This document shows, one piece after another, positions 9,449 through 19,770 of a stretch of 64,000 bases of DNA. The number at the start of each line of letters is the position of its first letter. The first letter of the stretch is position 1. This DNA comes from Halothiobacillaceae bacterium. Its GTDB lineage: Bacteria > Pseudomonadota > Gammaproteobacteria > Halothiobacillales > Halothiobacillaceae. The notes below the pieces were generated by a model, which was not told the DNA's origin, did no database searches, and was given only the letters and a program-made list of their open reading frames with translations. Made by a program: the position numbers and the translations under genes. The stretch covers positions 1,008-65,007 of the forward strand of contig JBKHDT010000007.1 in the NCBI GenBank assembly GCA_046541195.1, in the 5' to 3' direction.

Positions 9449-9544
9449 GTATTTACTCACTTGGTCCGCCCGGCCCGGTGCGCCTGTCGGCACCTCGCCG
9501 GTCCGACCGCACCATGCCGCCCCCTAGGAGGCCCGAAGGCAGGA

Positions 9545-10552
<1,008 letters not shown>

Positions 10553-10652
10553 TCATAACGCGACAGGGGTCGTGGATGCCACGGGGCCATCAGCCCGCAG
10601 ATCAGCGAAGACACGCGCCGAAACGATCCGAAACCACGAGGAACGAACCGAA

Positions 10653-11765
10653 ATGAAGTATCAAGGCGAACCGGAATACCAGCATGGCAGCCCCGAACGG
10701 GTCGGCATCCTGCTGCTCAACCTTGGCACGCCAGACGCCGCGGACACGCCCTCCCTGCGACGCTATCTCAAGCAGTTCCTGTCCGACCCCCGGGTCATCG
10801 AGCTGCCCAAATGGAAGTGGTGGCCGATCCTGAACCTGATCATCCTGAACACCCGGCCGAAGCGCTCGGCCGAGGCCTACCGGGAAGTGTGGGACAGCGA
10901 GGGGCCGGGTGCGCCGCTGCTCAACATCGGCAGGCGGCAGGCGGCGGGCATCGAGGAGCGGCTGAAGGAACGCTTTGCCGGCCCGGTCAGCGTGGCGCTG
11001 GGGATGCGCTATGGCAACCCGTCGGTCGCCCACGCACTGGCCGAGCTGCGCGACGCGGGCGCGCGCCGCGTGCTGGTGCTGCCGCTGTATCCCCAGTATT
11101 CGGCGTCGACAACCGCCTCGACGTTTGATGCCGTGGTGGACGAACTGAAGACCTGGCGCTGGATTCCGGAGCTTCGGTTCATCAACCAGTACTACCGGTA
11201 CCCGGGTTACATCACGGCGCTCGCCAACTCCATCGAGGAACACTTCGCGGAACACGGCAAGCCGGACAAGCTTATTCTCAGCTATCACGGCGTACCCAAG
11301 CGCTACCTGCTGGACGGCGATCCCTATCACTGCACCTGTCACGTGACGACCCGCCTGCTGGCCGACCGGCTCGGGCTGGCCGAGGGTGAATACATGACCA
11401 CCTTCCAGTCGCGGTTCGGCCCCGAGGAATGGCTCAAGCCCTACACGGACGAGACGCTCAAATCGCTCCCGGGCCAGGGAATCAAGCATGTCGCGGTCGC
11501 CTGCCCCGGCTTCTCCGCCGACTGCCTGGAAACCATCGAGGAAATCGACGGCGAGAACCGCGAATACTTCGAGGAGGCCGGCGGCGAGACCTACCACTAC
11601 ATCAAGGCGCTGAACGACCGGCCCGATCACCTGGACGCGCTGAGCGACCTGGTGGTCCGGCACGCGCAGGGCTGGTCCGAACTGGACGACTGGGACGAGG
11701 CGGCAGACCGCGAGGAACGTGAAACGGTACGTCGCAACGCGCTGGCCATGGGGTCGCCCCGGTGA
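10653..11765 (+). CDS. hemH: Ferrochelatase
   Basis: The track ORF starts at 10572. I trimmed to ATG 10653 (MKYQGEPEY...), which has GAGGA about 11 nt upstream. Family blocks: GILLLNLGTPD, FLSDPRVIELP, LPLYPQYS, SYHGVP, FQSRFGPEEWL. Confidence 0.92.
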   Translation: MKYQGEPEYQHGSPERVGILLLNLGTPDAADTPSLRRYLKQFLSDPRVIELPKWKWWPILNLIILNTRPKRSAEAYREVWDSEGPGAPLLNIGRRQAAGIEERLKERFAGPVSVALGMRYGNPSVAHALAELRDAGARRVLVLPLYPQYSASTTASTFDAVVDELKTWRWIPELRFINQYYRYPGYITALANSIEEHFAEHGKPDKLILSYHGVPKRYLLDGDPYHCTCHVTTRLLADRLGLAEGEYMTTFQSRFGPEEWLKPYTDETLKSLPGQGIKHVAVACPGFSADCLETIEEIDGENREYFEEAGGETYHYIKALNDRPDHLDALSDLVVRHAQGWSELDDWDEAADREERETVRRNALAMGSPR

Positions 11766-12550
11766 CGGCGGGCATGACCTTGCCGACATTCGGGGCCCTC
11801 GTCATCGGAGACGAGATTCTCAGCGGCAGGCGTCAGGACCGGCATATCCCGGCGGTGATCGAGCGGCTCAATGCCCGCGGCCTGAGACTGGGCTGGGCCG
11901 CGATCATCGGCGACGACCCCTTGCAGATCACGACGGCCCTCAAGCACAGCATGCAGGCAGGAGACACGGTCTTCTGCTTCGGCGGCATCGGCGCCACGCC
12001 CGATGACCTGACGCGCGAGTGCGCCGCGGCCGCCGCCGAAGTGCCCCTGCAGCGTCATCCCGGCGCCGTCGCGGAGATCGAGGCACGCTTCGGCGAGCAG
12101 GCCTGGCCGCACCGCGTGCTGATGGCCGACCTGCCCGAGGGCGCCGAGCTGATTCCCAATCCCTTCAACCGGGTACCGGGCTTCTCGATCCGGCATCACT
12201 TCTTCATGCCGGGGTTTCCGCAGATGGCCCACTCGATGCTTGACTGGGTACTGGGCGAACCACTGCGTGCATACACCAACCCCGAACACGTGGAACTCGC
12301 CCTGATGGTGCATGATGCGACCGAGAGCGACCTGCTGGAACTGATGCGCCGCACCACCGAGAAATGGCCGGCATTGAAACTGTTCAGCCTGCCCATAATC
12401 CGGGAGGAGGGCCGGCTGCTGGAACTCGGGCTCAAGGGGCCTCGGGGCGTGGCGCAACCAGCCTTCGAGGAGCTCGAGCATACCCTCTGCAGCCTGGGAC
12501 TGAACTGCCAGCGGCTCGAGGAGTCCGATCAGGCATCGAATCCAGACTGA
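11762..12550 (+). CDS. Molybdopterin-binding (MoCF_BD) / CinA N-terminal-like domain protein
   Basis: 262 aa. FGALVIGDEILSGRRQD...FCFGGIGATPDDLT matches the MoaB/MogA/CinA-N fold. GTG start overlaps the hemH stop (GTGA); an alternative ATG lies at 11774. Confidence 0.7.
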   Translation: MTAGMTLPTFGALVIGDEILSGRRQDRHIPAVIERLNARGLRLGWAAIIGDDPLQITTALKHSMQAGDTVFCFGGIGATPDDLTRECAAAAAEVPLQRHPGAVAEIEARFGEQAWPHRVLMADLPEGAELIPNPFNRVPGFSIRHHFFMPGFPQMAHSMLDWVLGEPLRAYTNPEHVELALMVHDATESDLLELMRRTTEKWPALKLFSLPIIREEGRLLELGLKGPRGVAQPAFEELEHTLCSLGLNCQRLEESDQASNPD

Positions 12551-12607
12551 GCGCTGCGCGCCGGCGCGCCCGACTTTCGCTGAATGATCCAGGGAGAAAC
12601 CTTCCAG

Positions 12608-14041
12608 ATGCACAACCTGCTTTGCACAAGGGCCGGAAAAAAACCGGCCATGACCGTTCTGCTTGTCATGCTCGCCCTGTTCGTCGCAGTGCCTGTTGCG
12701 TCGGCAGATCGCGGCGAGGCACCCGACTACGTGGAGCTGATCGAGGAAACCGCCAACGCGGTGGTCAATATCCGTACCGCGACCGAACCGCAACCGAGCA
12801 TGGGCATGCCGCCCGGGATGCCGTTCCCCGAGGATTCCCCCTTTGGCGAGATGTTCCGGCACTTCTTCGGCCAGATGCCCGAGATGCAACCGCGCCAGCC
12901 TCGCCGGCCGGCGCAATCCCTGGGTTCCGGCTTCATCATCTCGAAGGATGGCTACATCCTCACCAACGCGCATGTCATCGACGGGGCCGACACGATCACC
13001 GTCCGCCTGCAGGATCAGTCCGAGCACGAGGCCACGGTCGTCGGCCAGGACGTGCGGACCGATATCGCCCTGCTCAAGATCGAGGCAAGCGACCTGCCCA
13101 GGGTGAAGATCGGCAATTCGCAGGATGTGCGCGTGGGCGAATGGGTGCTGGCAATCGGCTCCCCCTTCGGCCTCGACCACACCGCCACCCACGGAATCGT
13201 GTCCGCCATCGGCCGCAACCTGCCCAGCGAAAACTACGTGCCCTTTATCCAGACCGACGCGCCGGTCAACCCGGGCAACTCCGGCGGACCGCTGTTCAAC
13301 GCCGAGGGCGAGGTCATCGGCATCAACTCGCAGATCTACACCCGCTCAGGCGGTTACATGGGCCTGTCATTCGCCATTCCGATCGACGTGGCCATGAACG
13401 TGGTCGAGCAGCTTCGCGAGCACGGCGCGGTCACCCGCGGATACCTTGGGGTGCTGCTGCAGCCGGTGACCGCCGAACTGGCCGAATCCTTCGGGCTTGA
13501 TCGCCCGCGCGGCGCGCTGATTGCCCAGGTGCAGCCGGACAGCCCCGCCGATACCAGTGGCATCCGGCCGGGCGACATCATCCTGCGCTATGCCGGCAAA
13601 AAGATCGATCAGTCCAGTCGACTGCCCTCGCTGGTCGGCGAGACCCGGGTCGGCGAGCGTGTCGAAGTCCAGCTTCTGCGCGACGGGCGTGAGCAAACCG
13701 TCACGGTCACCATCGGACGCCTGGAGGACGAGGAAACCGCCACCGCACCCGAGCAGCCAGGCAGAGAGAACAGTCTCGGCCTGACCCTCGAGCCACTCGA
13801 CGAGCGCCAGCAGAGCGAGCTGGGCATCGCGCACGGGCTGGTCGTCCTGTCGGTGGCCGACGGACCCGCGGCACGGGCCGGGGTACAGCCCAACGACATC
13901 CTGATGGATCTCAACAACCGGCCGCTTGAGACCGTCGCCGACCTCCAGAAGGCCATTGCCAAGGCACCGGAAGGCCGGCCGCTCGCGCTGCGGCTGCTGC
14001 GCGGCGGTCAGCCGATGTTCCTGGCCATACCGAAGGAGTGA
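12608..14041 (+). CDS. Periplasmic serine endoprotease, DegP/DegQ/MucD family (two PDZ domains)
   Basis: Catalytic contexts LTNAHVIDGA (His), DIALLKI (Asp) and GNSGGPLFN (Ser), followed by two PDZ-like regions. Start trimmed to ATG 12608 with GGGAGA upstream. Signal peptide MTVLLVMLALFVAVPVASA. Confidence 0.9.
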   Translation: MHNLLCTRAGKKPAMTVLLVMLALFVAVPVASADRGEAPDYVELIEETANAVVNIRTATEPQPSMGMPPGMPFPEDSPFGEMFRHFFGQMPEMQPRQPRRPAQSLGSGFIISKDGYILTNAHVIDGADTITVRLQDQSEHEATVVGQDVRTDIALLKIEASDLPRVKIGNSQDVRVGEWVLAIGSPFGLDHTATHGIVSAIGRNLPSENYVPFIQTDAPVNPGNSGGPLFNAEGEVIGINSQIYTRSGGYMGLSFAIPIDVAMNVVEQLREHGAVTRGYLGVLLQPVTAELAESFGLDRPRGALIAQVQPDSPADTSGIRPGDIILRYAGKKIDQSSRLPSLVGETRVGERVEVQLLRDGREQTVTVTIGRLEDEETATAPEQPGRENSLGLTLEPLDERQQSELGIAHGLVVLSVADGPAARAGVQPNDILMDLNNRPLETVADLQKAIAKAPEGRPLALRLLRGGQPMFLAIPKE

Positions 14042-14135
14042 CTGGACTTTGGAGCGCGGCACCGGGGGACGACCAGGTCCACTCGACCGTGATCCGACAC
14101 GAGCACCCCGAACCGACCGCCTGCGGACTGGTCGT

Positions 14136-14162
14136 GAACTTTCCGACCATCGCACAGTCTTT
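14136..14162 (+). promoter_or_regulatory. Candidate extracytoplasmic-stress (sigma-E/AlgU-type) promoter
   Basis: GAACTT (14136-14141), then 16 nt, then TCTTT (14158-14162). The consensus I recall is GGAACTT-N16-TCnnA, so the -10 element is imperfect. Located just downstream of the DegP-like gene. Confidence 0.3.
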
Positions 14163-14164
14163 TA

Positions 14165-14292
14165 AAGGAACACGTCGGTGCAGCGCCCGCTGCAGGCTCC
14201 TGTGCCAAGCGGCCTGCGCCGACGCCCAAGCTGTCGTTGCAAGCTCCTCATGGACGACGACCTTTCAGGCCCCGGACGGGGCCTTTTTTTTG
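14165..14292 (+). ncRNA. Candidate small RNA (about 125-130 nt) bounded by the sigma-E-like promoter and an intrinsic terminator
   Basis: No credible ORF; the track ORFs here read straight through the terminator hairpin. Internal hairpins are present (TGCAGCG-ccc-GCTGCA). Two GCTCCT anti-SD motifs sit at 14196-14201 and 14243-14251, the second as GCTCCTCAT, which is complementary to ATGAGGAGC. The 5' end is a guess. Confidence 0.3.
14268..14292 (+). terminator. Rho-independent terminator
   Basis: GGCCCC-GGAC-GGGGCC followed by nine T residues. Lies 227 nt after the DegP-like stop codon. Confidence 0.75.
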
Positions 14293-14425
14293 TTCCCTGC
14301 ACCTTGCCGCGGTTAAAAAACTTCCTGGCATGGCATGATGCGCTGCACCCGGCCAGCGCGCAGAACGCCCGGCGCCAGCGCCGTTGGCGGGCAACTCAAT
14401 ACCCAGGGAGGACAATGGCAACCCC

Positions 14426-15217
14426 ATGCGCGTGATCAGCTTTAATGCCAATGGCATCCGTTCGGCAGCGAAAAAAGGCTTTTTTGACTGGCTCGCCGGA
14501 CAGGACGCCGACTTTGTCTGCATCCAGGAAACCAAGGCACAGGCCCGGCAGCTTGAAGACCCGCTTTTTTACCCGGCGGGCTACCACTGCATCTACGTCG
14601 ACGCCGAGCGCAAGGGATACAGCGGCGTGGCGCTGTACAGCCGTGAAGAGCCGGACGCGGTGACCACCAGCCTGGGGCTGGAGGAGTTCGACCGGGAAGG
14701 GCGCTATGTGGAAATCCAGGTCGGAGCGCTCGCGCTGGCGTCACTCTACCTGCCGTCGGGCTCGGCGGGGGATCATCGCCAGGCTTCCAAGGACCGGTTT
14801 CTCGAAGCCTACCTGCCGATGCTCCAGGAAAAGAAGGCCCAGGCCGGCGAGTTCATTCTCTGCGGAGACTGGAATATCGCCCACCGGGAGATCGACCTGA
14901 AAAACTGGCGCAGCAACCGCAAGAGCTCCGGTTTCCTGCCGCATGAACGCGCCTGGCTCGACCGGGTCTTCGACGACATCGGCCTGGTCGATGCGCACCG
15001 CGTGGTCGAACCGGACACGGAGGTCTACACCTGGTGGTCCAACCGCGCAAACGCCTGGGCCAACAATGTCGGCTGGCGAATCGACTACCAGATCGTGACA
15101 CCCGGCCTTGCCGACCGCGTAGCACGCGCGTGGGTCTACCGGGACGAAAAGTTCTCGGATCACGCCCCGCTGATCATCGACTACGCCCCCCGGCCGCAGG
15201 ATGGCCAGCCGACCTGA
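14426..15217 (+). CDS. xthA: Exodeoxyribonuclease III
   Basis: Trimmed to MRVISFNANGIRSA... EEP-nuclease blocks FVCIQETK, LCGDWNIAH, SDHAPL. GGGAGGA lies upstream. Confidence 0.9.
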   Translation: MRVISFNANGIRSAAKKGFFDWLAGQDADFVCIQETKAQARQLEDPLFYPAGYHCIYVDAERKGYSGVALYSREEPDAVTTSLGLEEFDREGRYVEIQVGALALASLYLPSGSAGDHRQASKDRFLEAYLPMLQEKKAQAGEFILCGDWNIAHREIDLKNWRSNRKSSGFLPHERAWLDRVFDDIGLVDAHRVVEPDTEVYTWWSNRANAWANNVGWRIDYQIVTPGLADRVARAWVYRDEKFSDHAPLIIDYAPRPQDGQPT

Positions 15218-15352
15218 CTGGGGCGGCACGCCCGGCCGACCGCCGGGCGGGACGCATTTCCCGAAGGTTACGAGCGGTCCCCGCTGGCCTATAATCGGCC
15301 GCAGGGTCCAGACCACCTCTGGGCCGAACCCTGACGCACGGAGTGGCAAACC

Positions 15353-15823
15353 ATGAACTGCAAATCAACCCGGTCCATGCAACTGGCGGTCGTGATCGCC
15401 GCAGCGGCCCTGCTGTCCGGCTGTGCCAGCAGCCTCTCCGGCGGCACCTACAATCGGGCGGATGCTCGCCAGGTGATGACCGTCGAATACGGCACGGTGC
15501 AAAGCGTTCGCCCGGTACGCATCGAGGGCACCAGGACGCCGATCGGCGCAGGAGCCGGCGCACTCGCCGGGGGCATTCTGGGCAGCACCATCGGCGGGGG
15601 CACCGGTCGTGCACTGGCCACCGTCGGGGGTGCGGTCGCGGGGGGCATGGCCGGAGCGGCGATCGAGGAGGGCACCACGCGCCAGCAGGGGCTGGAAATC
15701 ACCATCCGCCTTGACAGCGGACGGACGATTTCGGTGGTCCAGGCCGCCGACCAGGTGTTCAGCCCGGGAGAACGCGTTCACGTCACCATGGCGCGCAACG
15801 GCACCGCTCGGGTCAGCCGCTGA
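15353..15823 (+). CDS. slyB: Outer-membrane lipoprotein SlyB-like (glycine-zipper 2TM)
   Basis: 156 aa. Lipobox ALLSGC. Glycine zipper GAGAGALAGGILGSTIGGGTGRALATVGGAVAGGMAG. GGAG lies upstream. Confidence 0.8.
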   Translation: MNCKSTRSMQLAVVIAAAALLSGCASSLSGGTYNRADARQVMTVEYGTVQSVRPVRIEGTRTPIGAGAGALAGGILGSTIGGGTGRALATVGGAVAGGMAGAAIEEGTTRQQGLEITIRLDSGRTISVVQAADQVFSPGERVHVTMARNGTARVSR

Positions 15824-15881
15824 ACAGGCTTCAGGTCACGCCGCCCGACGAGCCAGGCGCACCGGCAGCGCCCCCCGATGA

Positions 15882-16589
<708 letters not shown>

Positions 16590-16845
16590 GCGAAAGCCCG
16601 CGACGCCATCCGTGGCGGCGCACGGCAGCATCAGGGCACGGCCCGCTCCGTGACGCGACCGACTGGCCCACGCCATCGCAAGCAGGCCTTCCCTGGGCGG
16701 CCCGCGTTTTCCGGCAAGCCCGGCAAATGTGGCCTGCCGACGTCGAACGGCCGGGCAATCGACAAGAAATAATCGTACAATGCGGGGTTTGCACCGGCGT
16801 ATTGCCGGTGCCGTTGCGTACATCCCAAGGAGTTCAGACCCAGTC

Positions 16846-17163
16846 ATGGCAAGAGTAACCGTCGAGGACTGCCTGCATGCAGTCGACAACCGCTTCGAGC
16901 TCGTCCTGCTCGGTGCGCGCCGAGCCCGCCAGATCGAGCGTGGCGCGCAGCCCTTCGTGGAAATGGGCAAGGAAAAGCCCACCGTGGTGGCCCTGCGCGA
17001 GATAGCCGAAGACAAGGTGGACCGCGAGCAGATCGACCGGATCGAGGCCAGCCTGACCCTGGCCAGAGCGCAGGTCAGCGAGGCCGAGGTGCGTGCGGAG
17101 CTTTCGCAGTTCAAGGATGACGAGGAATCGCCACGCCGGGGGCCGGCCGACCCGGCCGCCTGA
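16846..17163 (+). CDS. rpoZ: DNA-directed RNA polymerase subunit omega
   Basis: [31 protein letters not shown] lies 13 nt upstream. The track ORF has a spurious 39-aa extension. Confidence 0.93.
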   Translation: MARVTVEDCLHAVDNRFELVLLGARRARQIERGAQPFVEMGKEKPTVVALREIAEDKVDREQIDRIEASLTLARAQVSEAEVRAELSQFKDDEESPRRGPADPAA

Positions 17164-17181
17164 TTTCAGGAGCGGCGATCC

Positions 17182-19353
17182 ATGTCGGCAACCCTCGAAG
17201 AGGCACCGGCCCGCGACCACCGATCCGGCATGGACGATCTGTTCGTCCCGCTGGAGCGGCATCTGGCCGAGTACCTGGAGGACGAGCAGATTGCGCGGAT
17301 CTGGGATGCCTTCCGGTTCGGGGCCGAGGCGCATGCGGGCCAGACCCGCAAGTCCGGTGAGCCGTACATCACGCACCCGGTCGCCGTCGCGCACATCCTG
17401 GCCGACCTGAGAATGGACGAGGCGACCCTGATCGCCGCCATTCTCCATGACGTGATCGAGGACACGCCCACCGCCCGGGAGGAGATCGTCCACCGGTTTT
17501 CCGAGGAAGTGGCCCGGCTGGTGGATGGCGTCTCCAAGCTGACGCAGATCCGTTTCAAGTCCAAGGCCGAACAGCAGGCCGCGAACTTCCGCAAGATGAT
17601 GATGGCGATGGTGGAGGACGTGCGTGTCATCCTCATCAAGCTCGCCGACCGGCTGCACAACATGCGCACGCTCGGGGTCATGCGGCCGGACAAGCGCCGG
17701 CGCATCGCCCGCGAGACACTCGAAATCTACACGCCGATCGCCAACCGGCTTGGCCTGAACGCCCTGCGGCACGAGCTTGAAGACCTTGGCTTCATGGCGC
17801 AGCATCCGCTGCGCTACCGGGTTCTGGCCCAGGCGGTCAAGAAGGCCCGCGGCAACCGCAACGAGGTGATGCAGGAAATCCAGCACCGGTTCGAGAGCCG
17901 CTTTGCCGAGGAGGGGCTGGACGCCCAGGTTCAGGCGCGCGAGAAGCGCTTGTACAGCATCTACCGCAAGATGGCGCAGAAGCAGCTGCCCTTCTCGGAA
18001 GTCTTCGACGTGTTCGCCGTGCGGATCGTCGTGAAAAGCGTCGACGACAGCTACCGCGCGCTGGGCGTGGTCCACAATCTCTACAAGCCACTGCCGGGGC
18101 GTTTCAAGGACTATATCGCCATCCCCAAGGCCAATGGCTACCAGTCGCTCCACACCATCCTGTTCGGTCCGCACGGCATTCCGCTGGAAGTGCAGATTCG
18201 CACGCGGGAAATGCACCAGTTCGCAGAATCCGGCATCGCGGCACACTGGCTCTACAAGTCCCAGGGGGATCACGGGGCGGTAACCCAGGCCCGGGCCCGG
18301 GAATGGCTGCGGGAGCTGCTGGAGATTCAGCAGAAGGCCGGCAACCCGCAGGAGTTCCTTGAGTCGGTCAAGGTGGACCTGTTCCCGGACGAGGTCTACG
18401 TCTTCACGCCCATGGGCGAGATCTTCGAATTGCCACGGCGGGCCACGGTGGTCGATTTTGCCTACGCGATCCACACCGACGTGGGCAACACCTGCGTCGC
18501 CTGCAAGATCGACCGCCGGCTGGCGCCGCTGTCCACGCAGGTGCAGAACGGACAGACCATCGAAATCATCACCGCCAACGGCGCCGAACCAAACCCGAAC
18601 TGGCTTTCGTTTGTGGTCACGGCCAAGGCCCGGACCAATATCCGCAACTATCTCAAGCACCTGCAGGACGAGGAAGCCATCCGCCTGGGCTACCGCCTGC
18701 TGGCCAAGGCCATTCAGCACCACGGCATGGAACTCGATGCGGTGCCCTCCGAGCGAATGGATTCGCTGCTGGCCGAATATCATTGCAACGCCCTGTCGGA
18801 CCTGCTCCGGGACATCGGACTGGGCAATCGCATGGCACCGCTGGTTGCGCGGCTGCTGGCTGCCAGCGAAACCGAAGACTCGAACGGCAACGGCACCAAT
18901 TCCGGCACCCGGCAGATGCCGGTCACCATTTCGGGCACGGAAGGGCTGGTCGTGACCTTCGCCAAATGCTGTCATCCCATCCCCGGTGATGACGTGGCCG
19001 GCTTTCTCAGCACCGGACGCGGCATCGTCGTCCACCGCCGCAGCTGCCCGAATGCCGCGGATCTGGGCGAACATCCCGAGCGCTGGCTGGATATCGACTG
19101 GGCCGAGGAGTACGCGGGCGAGTACCAGGCCCTGATCACCATCCAGGCCAGCAATGTCCGTGGCGGTCTGGCACGCATGGCCGGCGCGGTCGCGGAAACC
19201 GGTGCCGACATCGACGATGTGCGCTTTGACGACCGCGACAACAATATCACCGTCATCAACTTCGTCCTCCGGGTCACCGACCGGTCTCACCTGGCGCGCG
19301 TGATGCGCCGCGTGCGACGCGAGGAGGGCATCATCAAGGTTTCCAGGAGCTGA
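17182..19353 (+). CDS. spoT: Bifunctional (p)ppGpp synthetase/hydrolase SpoT
   Basis: 723 aa. Intact HD hydrolase motif (HPVAVAHIL...LHDVIEDT), RelA/SpoT synthetase block, TGS and C-terminal ACT-like regions. Canonical gmk-rpoZ-spoT order. Confidence 0.93.
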   Translation: MSATLEEAPARDHRSGMDDLFVPLERHLAEYLEDEQIARIWDAFRFGAEAHAGQTRKSGEPYITHPVAVAHILADLRMDEATLIAAILHDVIEDTPTAREEIVHRFSEEVARLVDGVSKLTQIRFKSKAEQQAANFRKMMMAMVEDVRVILIKLADRLHNMRTLGVMRPDKRRRIARETLEIYTPIANRLGLNALRHELEDLGFMAQHPLRYRVLAQAVKKARGNRNEVMQEIQHRFESRFAEEGLDAQVQAREKRLYSIYRKMAQKQLPFSEVFDVFAVRIVVKSVDDSYRALGVVHNLYKPLPGRFKDYIAIPKANGYQSLHTILFGPHGIPLEVQIRTREMHQFAESGIAAHWLYKSQGDHGAVTQARAREWLRELLEIQQKAGNPQEFLESVKVDLFPDEVYVFTPMGEIFELPRRATVVDFAYAIHTDVGNTCVACKIDRRLAPLSTQVQNGQTIEIITANGAEPNPNWLSFVVTAKARTNIRNYLKHLQDEEAIRLGYRLLAKAIQHHGMELDAVPSERMDSLLAEYHCNALSDLLRDIGLGNRMAPLVARLLAASETEDSNGNGTNSGTRQMPVTISGTEGLVVTFAKCCHPIPGDDVAGFLSTGRGIVVHRRSCPNAADLGEHPERWLDIDWAEEYAGEYQALITIQASNVRGGLARMAGAVAETGADIDDVRFDDRDNNITVINFVLRVTDRSHLARVMRRVRREEGIIKVSRS

Positions 19354-19358
19354 AAGCC

Positions 19359-19745
19359 ATGACCGACCGCAGGATTATCGCGACCGACCGCGCCCCGCAG
19401 GCCATCGGGACCTACTCCCAGGCCGTCCGGGTGGGCAATACTGTGTATCTCTCCGGCCAGATCGCCCTGGACCCGGAGCGGATGGAGCTGGTGGCCGACA
19501 CCATGGAACGGGAAATCCGACAGGTCTTCGACAATGTGCGCGCCGTGTGCCAGGCCGCCGGGGGCGATCTGGCCAGTCTGGTCAAGCTCAACATCTACCT
19601 GACGGATCTGCAGCATTTTGGCCTGGTCAACACGCTCATGGCCGAGTACTTCGAGGCCCCCTACCCGGCCCGGGCGGCCATCGGGGTGGCGAGCCTGCCG
19701 CGCGATGCACGCGTCGAGGTGGATGGAGTGCTTGTCCTCGGCTGA
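19359..19745 (+). CDS. ridA: RidA/YjgF-family reactive-intermediate deaminase
   Basis: 128 aa. [22 protein letters not shown]...[19 protein letters not shown]. Confidence 0.9.
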   Translation: MTDRRIIATDRAPQAIGTYSQAVRVGNTVYLSGQIALDPERMELVADTMEREIRQVFDNVRAVCQAAGGDLASLVKLNIYLTDLQHFGLVNTLMAEYFEAPYPARAAIGVASLPRDARVEVDGVLVLG

Positions 19746-19770
19746 AGCGGCCACGGGAACCGGCGGGCTC

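Noticed and set aside
14038-14435. Track ORFs 14038..14316 and 14178..14435 in the degP-xthA gap, as possible small proteins.
   Set aside because: Both read straight through the GGCCCC-GGAC-GGGGCC-T9 terminator hairpin. One has the SD fused to its GTG with no spacing, and the other overlaps the xthA start. A non-coding transcript or 3' UTR is a better explanation.
16834-19290. 818-aa ORF antisense to spoT. Similar very long antisense ORFs: 59719..61995 (758 aa), 57718..59412 (564 aa), 29495..31111 (538 aa), 51387..52997 (536 aa), 61520..63118 (532 aa), 11627..13192 (521 aa) and 22684..24228 (514 aa).
   Set aside because: Each lies opposite a gene with unmistakable family motifs (spoT, nhaP2, rdgB/hemW, rlmN/ndk, dgt, rmuC, hemH/degP, bamB). 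Their translations are Arg/Gly/Pro/His/Gln-rich, low in complexity and lack any recognisable domain. Long stop-free antisense frames are an expected artefact of high-GC, GC3-biased coding sequence.
19618-19770. N-terminal extensions in the ORF track. One example is 19618 overlapping ridA by 128 nt. Others are 10572 (hemH), 16729 (rpoZ), 21063 (ppnP), 24276 (bamB), 37365 (argS), 38008 (folM-like), 42546 (LOV), 51937, 57432 (hsp20), 57647 (rpmJ) and 57565 (rdgB).
   Set aside because: The extensions are Arg/Pro/Ala-rich and overlap upstream genes or promoters. Internal starts with good SD sequences reproduce the canonical family N-termini, and several of the track starts are GTG or TTG.
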